A stretch of 63,867 nucleotides of DNA, the filler included, from Choristocarpus tenellus KU-1152 (Eukaryota > Protista > Phaeophyceae): NCBI GenBank assembly GCA_964200185.2. It is 10 parts of 10 records of this genome, joined end to end, with 100 filler letters (N's around TTAATTAATTAA, not from the genome) between each part and the next. Parts side by side here need not be neighbours in the genome. Positions count along the whole stretch, not along the records: positions 61,321 to 63,867 come from CAXNAD020026877.1; 9 more parts are not named here. The stretch is one strand, 5' to 3'. The translations under genes were made by a program, and so were the position numbers. Below the pieces are notes generated by a model. That model was not told the origin of the DNA. It made no database searches and saw only the letters and a program-made list of their open reading frames with translations. Positions 62,130-63,867 of the stretch are shown here, one piece after another. Position 1 is the stretch's first letter; the number at the start of each line of letters is the position of its first letter.

Positions 62130-63110
62130 GACATTGACGATAATCCAAGTGAGAGATCCAGCTTACCTGTCGACTTGCGCATCAGGAGTCCTGTACGTAT
62201 ATCAGCATCATCTATAAGACCGTAGATTGGAGCTATACATCCTGGGGAGGTAAGCCTTCTGGGGCGTTTGTAACATGGACGTCTAACCGAAACTGGAGCT
62301 CTAACCGAGACTTGTCCTACCGCCTCTCTTCAAACTGGAGGGAATACTCATTTGTTCACCTCAACATTTAGGAGTCCTTGCTTGTTCTACCTGGATTGTT
62401 TTCTTGTTCCACCTGGATTCCTTTCTTGTTCCACCTGGGTTTGTGGTCTTCATTCCTCGTCTGCGGGATTCCCTCCTTAGGCTCGTTGTCTTCATGGGTC
62501 TGAGGACTTCTGTGGCTCTGAGGAATCGCCCCTCTCTAGCTGTAAAAAGGGAGGCCTCCGATCGCCACATCATCCACCTATAGTCGTAAACGAGTGGTTT
62601 TCGACCGCTATAGTATAGACGTGCCTAGGTAGTTCTTCCTCGCCATTCGTACACTCACATTCCCAATCTGTTTTTCGTGTATCACACTGTCCATTTATCC
62701 CACAGGTTTAGTAGGAACACTGGGTCCCTAGGTCGCAAAAAAACTGGTAGAGTGGGAACAGAGTCGGAACTGGAGTCCCTAGGTTGCACCAAAACTGGCA
62801 GAGTGGGAACAGAGTCGGAACAGAGGCGGAACAGAGGCGGAACGGAGTCGGAACTGGAGTTCCTAGGTCGCAAACAAAACTGGTTGAGTGGGAACGGAGT
62901 CGGAACAGAGTCGGAACTGGAGCCCCTATGTCGCCATGTGGCAATTAATACATGCTGGCGCAGCACGATTCTAGGTGATAAATGATATTTATTCTCCTGA
63001 CCCGTGATAATCGCCTGTGGTAAGCGTGAAACATGTATTCCTAGTTCACGCTGGGGGGCACGTTACAGGCGAATAGAATGTCTGCCTTTTCGCATTCTAA
63101 CCAGTGTGAA
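62130..63110 (+). mobile_element. Short non-coding LTR-Q derivative: LTR end at 62275, PBS-like repeats, leader, tandem repeats, PPT, start of 3' LTR at 63061
   Basis: ...ggggcgtttgtaaca|tggac...; tggggggca|cgttacaggcga resembles the LTR start tgttacaggcga at 19863. Confidence 0.6.
62720..62930. repeat. Short tandem repeats (ggaacagagtcggaac / ggagtccctaggt)
   Basis: Directly visible repeated units. Confidence 0.85.
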
Positions 63111-63199
63111 AGGTCTTGCTATGTCTTATAGATTTTTATGTTCTTGCTATGTCTTACAGATTTTTATGTTATTGCTAGATATTTTGTCTGCGTTTGTCG

Positions 63200-63867
63200 A
63201 GAGATTATTCTTGTGTCTTGTACTTGTTTGTGTTGATAGTTCTGAAGCGGGAGAGTCTTGCTATGACTCTCCCTATTTTTCTGAGTCTTTTGTTTGTATG
63301 TTCTTTGTTTATGGGTTGAGCAAGCCTTTATACGGCAGGATCTTTTTTTTGTTTGTGACTGTGAGACATCTTGGTGTCAACAATTTGTGTTTATAGCTGT
63401 GAAGGGGGACAGTCTAAGCAGTACCCTATTTCATTGCTATTGTAATTTTGTGCCTGTATTTATTTTTGCTGATAGTTGTGAAGAGGGAGAGACTTGCTGA
63501 AATCCTCTCTATTGTTATTTTTATTGGAAGATGTTTGAATTATTTGGTATATATTCATAGTTCCTACCAAGGGCAAGCCTTTCCATGACAGCACCCAATC
63601 TCTTTTGTGATTGTGAGTCATGGTCTTAGTGTCCTGTCGTTTCTGTGTTTTAGTTCTGAAAGGGGAGAGTCCATGGCAATACCCAAGTTCAGTGCTACTA
63701 TGGTTTTGTGTCCGTATTTGTGTTTGTTTATCTTGGAAGGGGTGGAGTCTTTTTAGTCAATACCCTACTTTTGACGCGTATATGAGACTGGTGTAGGATT
63801 TTTACTATGATTTTGTGTCTGTATTTGTGTTTGTTTATCTTGGAAGGGGTGGAGTCTTTTTAGACAG
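63200..63867. repeat. Degenerate T-rich tandem repeats with recurring gaagggg(g/a)ga blocks
   Basis: ttttgtgtc(c/t)gtatttgtgtttgtttatcttggaaggggtggagtcttttta occurs at ~63704 and ~63810; looser units lie upstream. Confidence 0.7.

Overview
Eukaryotic nuclear DNA with spliceosomal introns, most likely from a stramenopile such as a brown alga. That placement is inferred from a plastid-type FtsZ, the TE types and the gene style. The window is not one continuous locus: ten contigs are joined by nine 100-nt spacers (44 N + TTAATTAATTAA + 44 N). Genes: (i) an intronless UCHL5/UCH37 deubiquitinase (1867-2973, -); (ii) a 13-exon, ~1,235-aa KP-43-type subtilisin (S8) with a likely signal peptide and C-terminal membrane anchor (5864-21188, +), rebuilt by hand from splice sites; (iii) three exons of a PH-like, possibly VPS13 C-terminal, gene (30455-32836, -) that the ORF track misses; (iv) two exons of plastid-type ftsZ (33682-35190, +). 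The rest is mostly transposable elements. About 28 full or partial copies of three MITE families share a GNNNCAAAGTATCT-type terminus and carry 3- or 4-bp target-site duplications. Also present are a Stowaway-like MITE, a DD39D mariner relic, several Ty1/Copia relics, an LTR family with a tRNA-Gln-like PBS and a conserved splice donor inside the LTR, a ~1-kb diverged inverted duplication, and several tandem repeats. No rRNA, tRNA or CRISPR array is supported. All alignments were done by eye.
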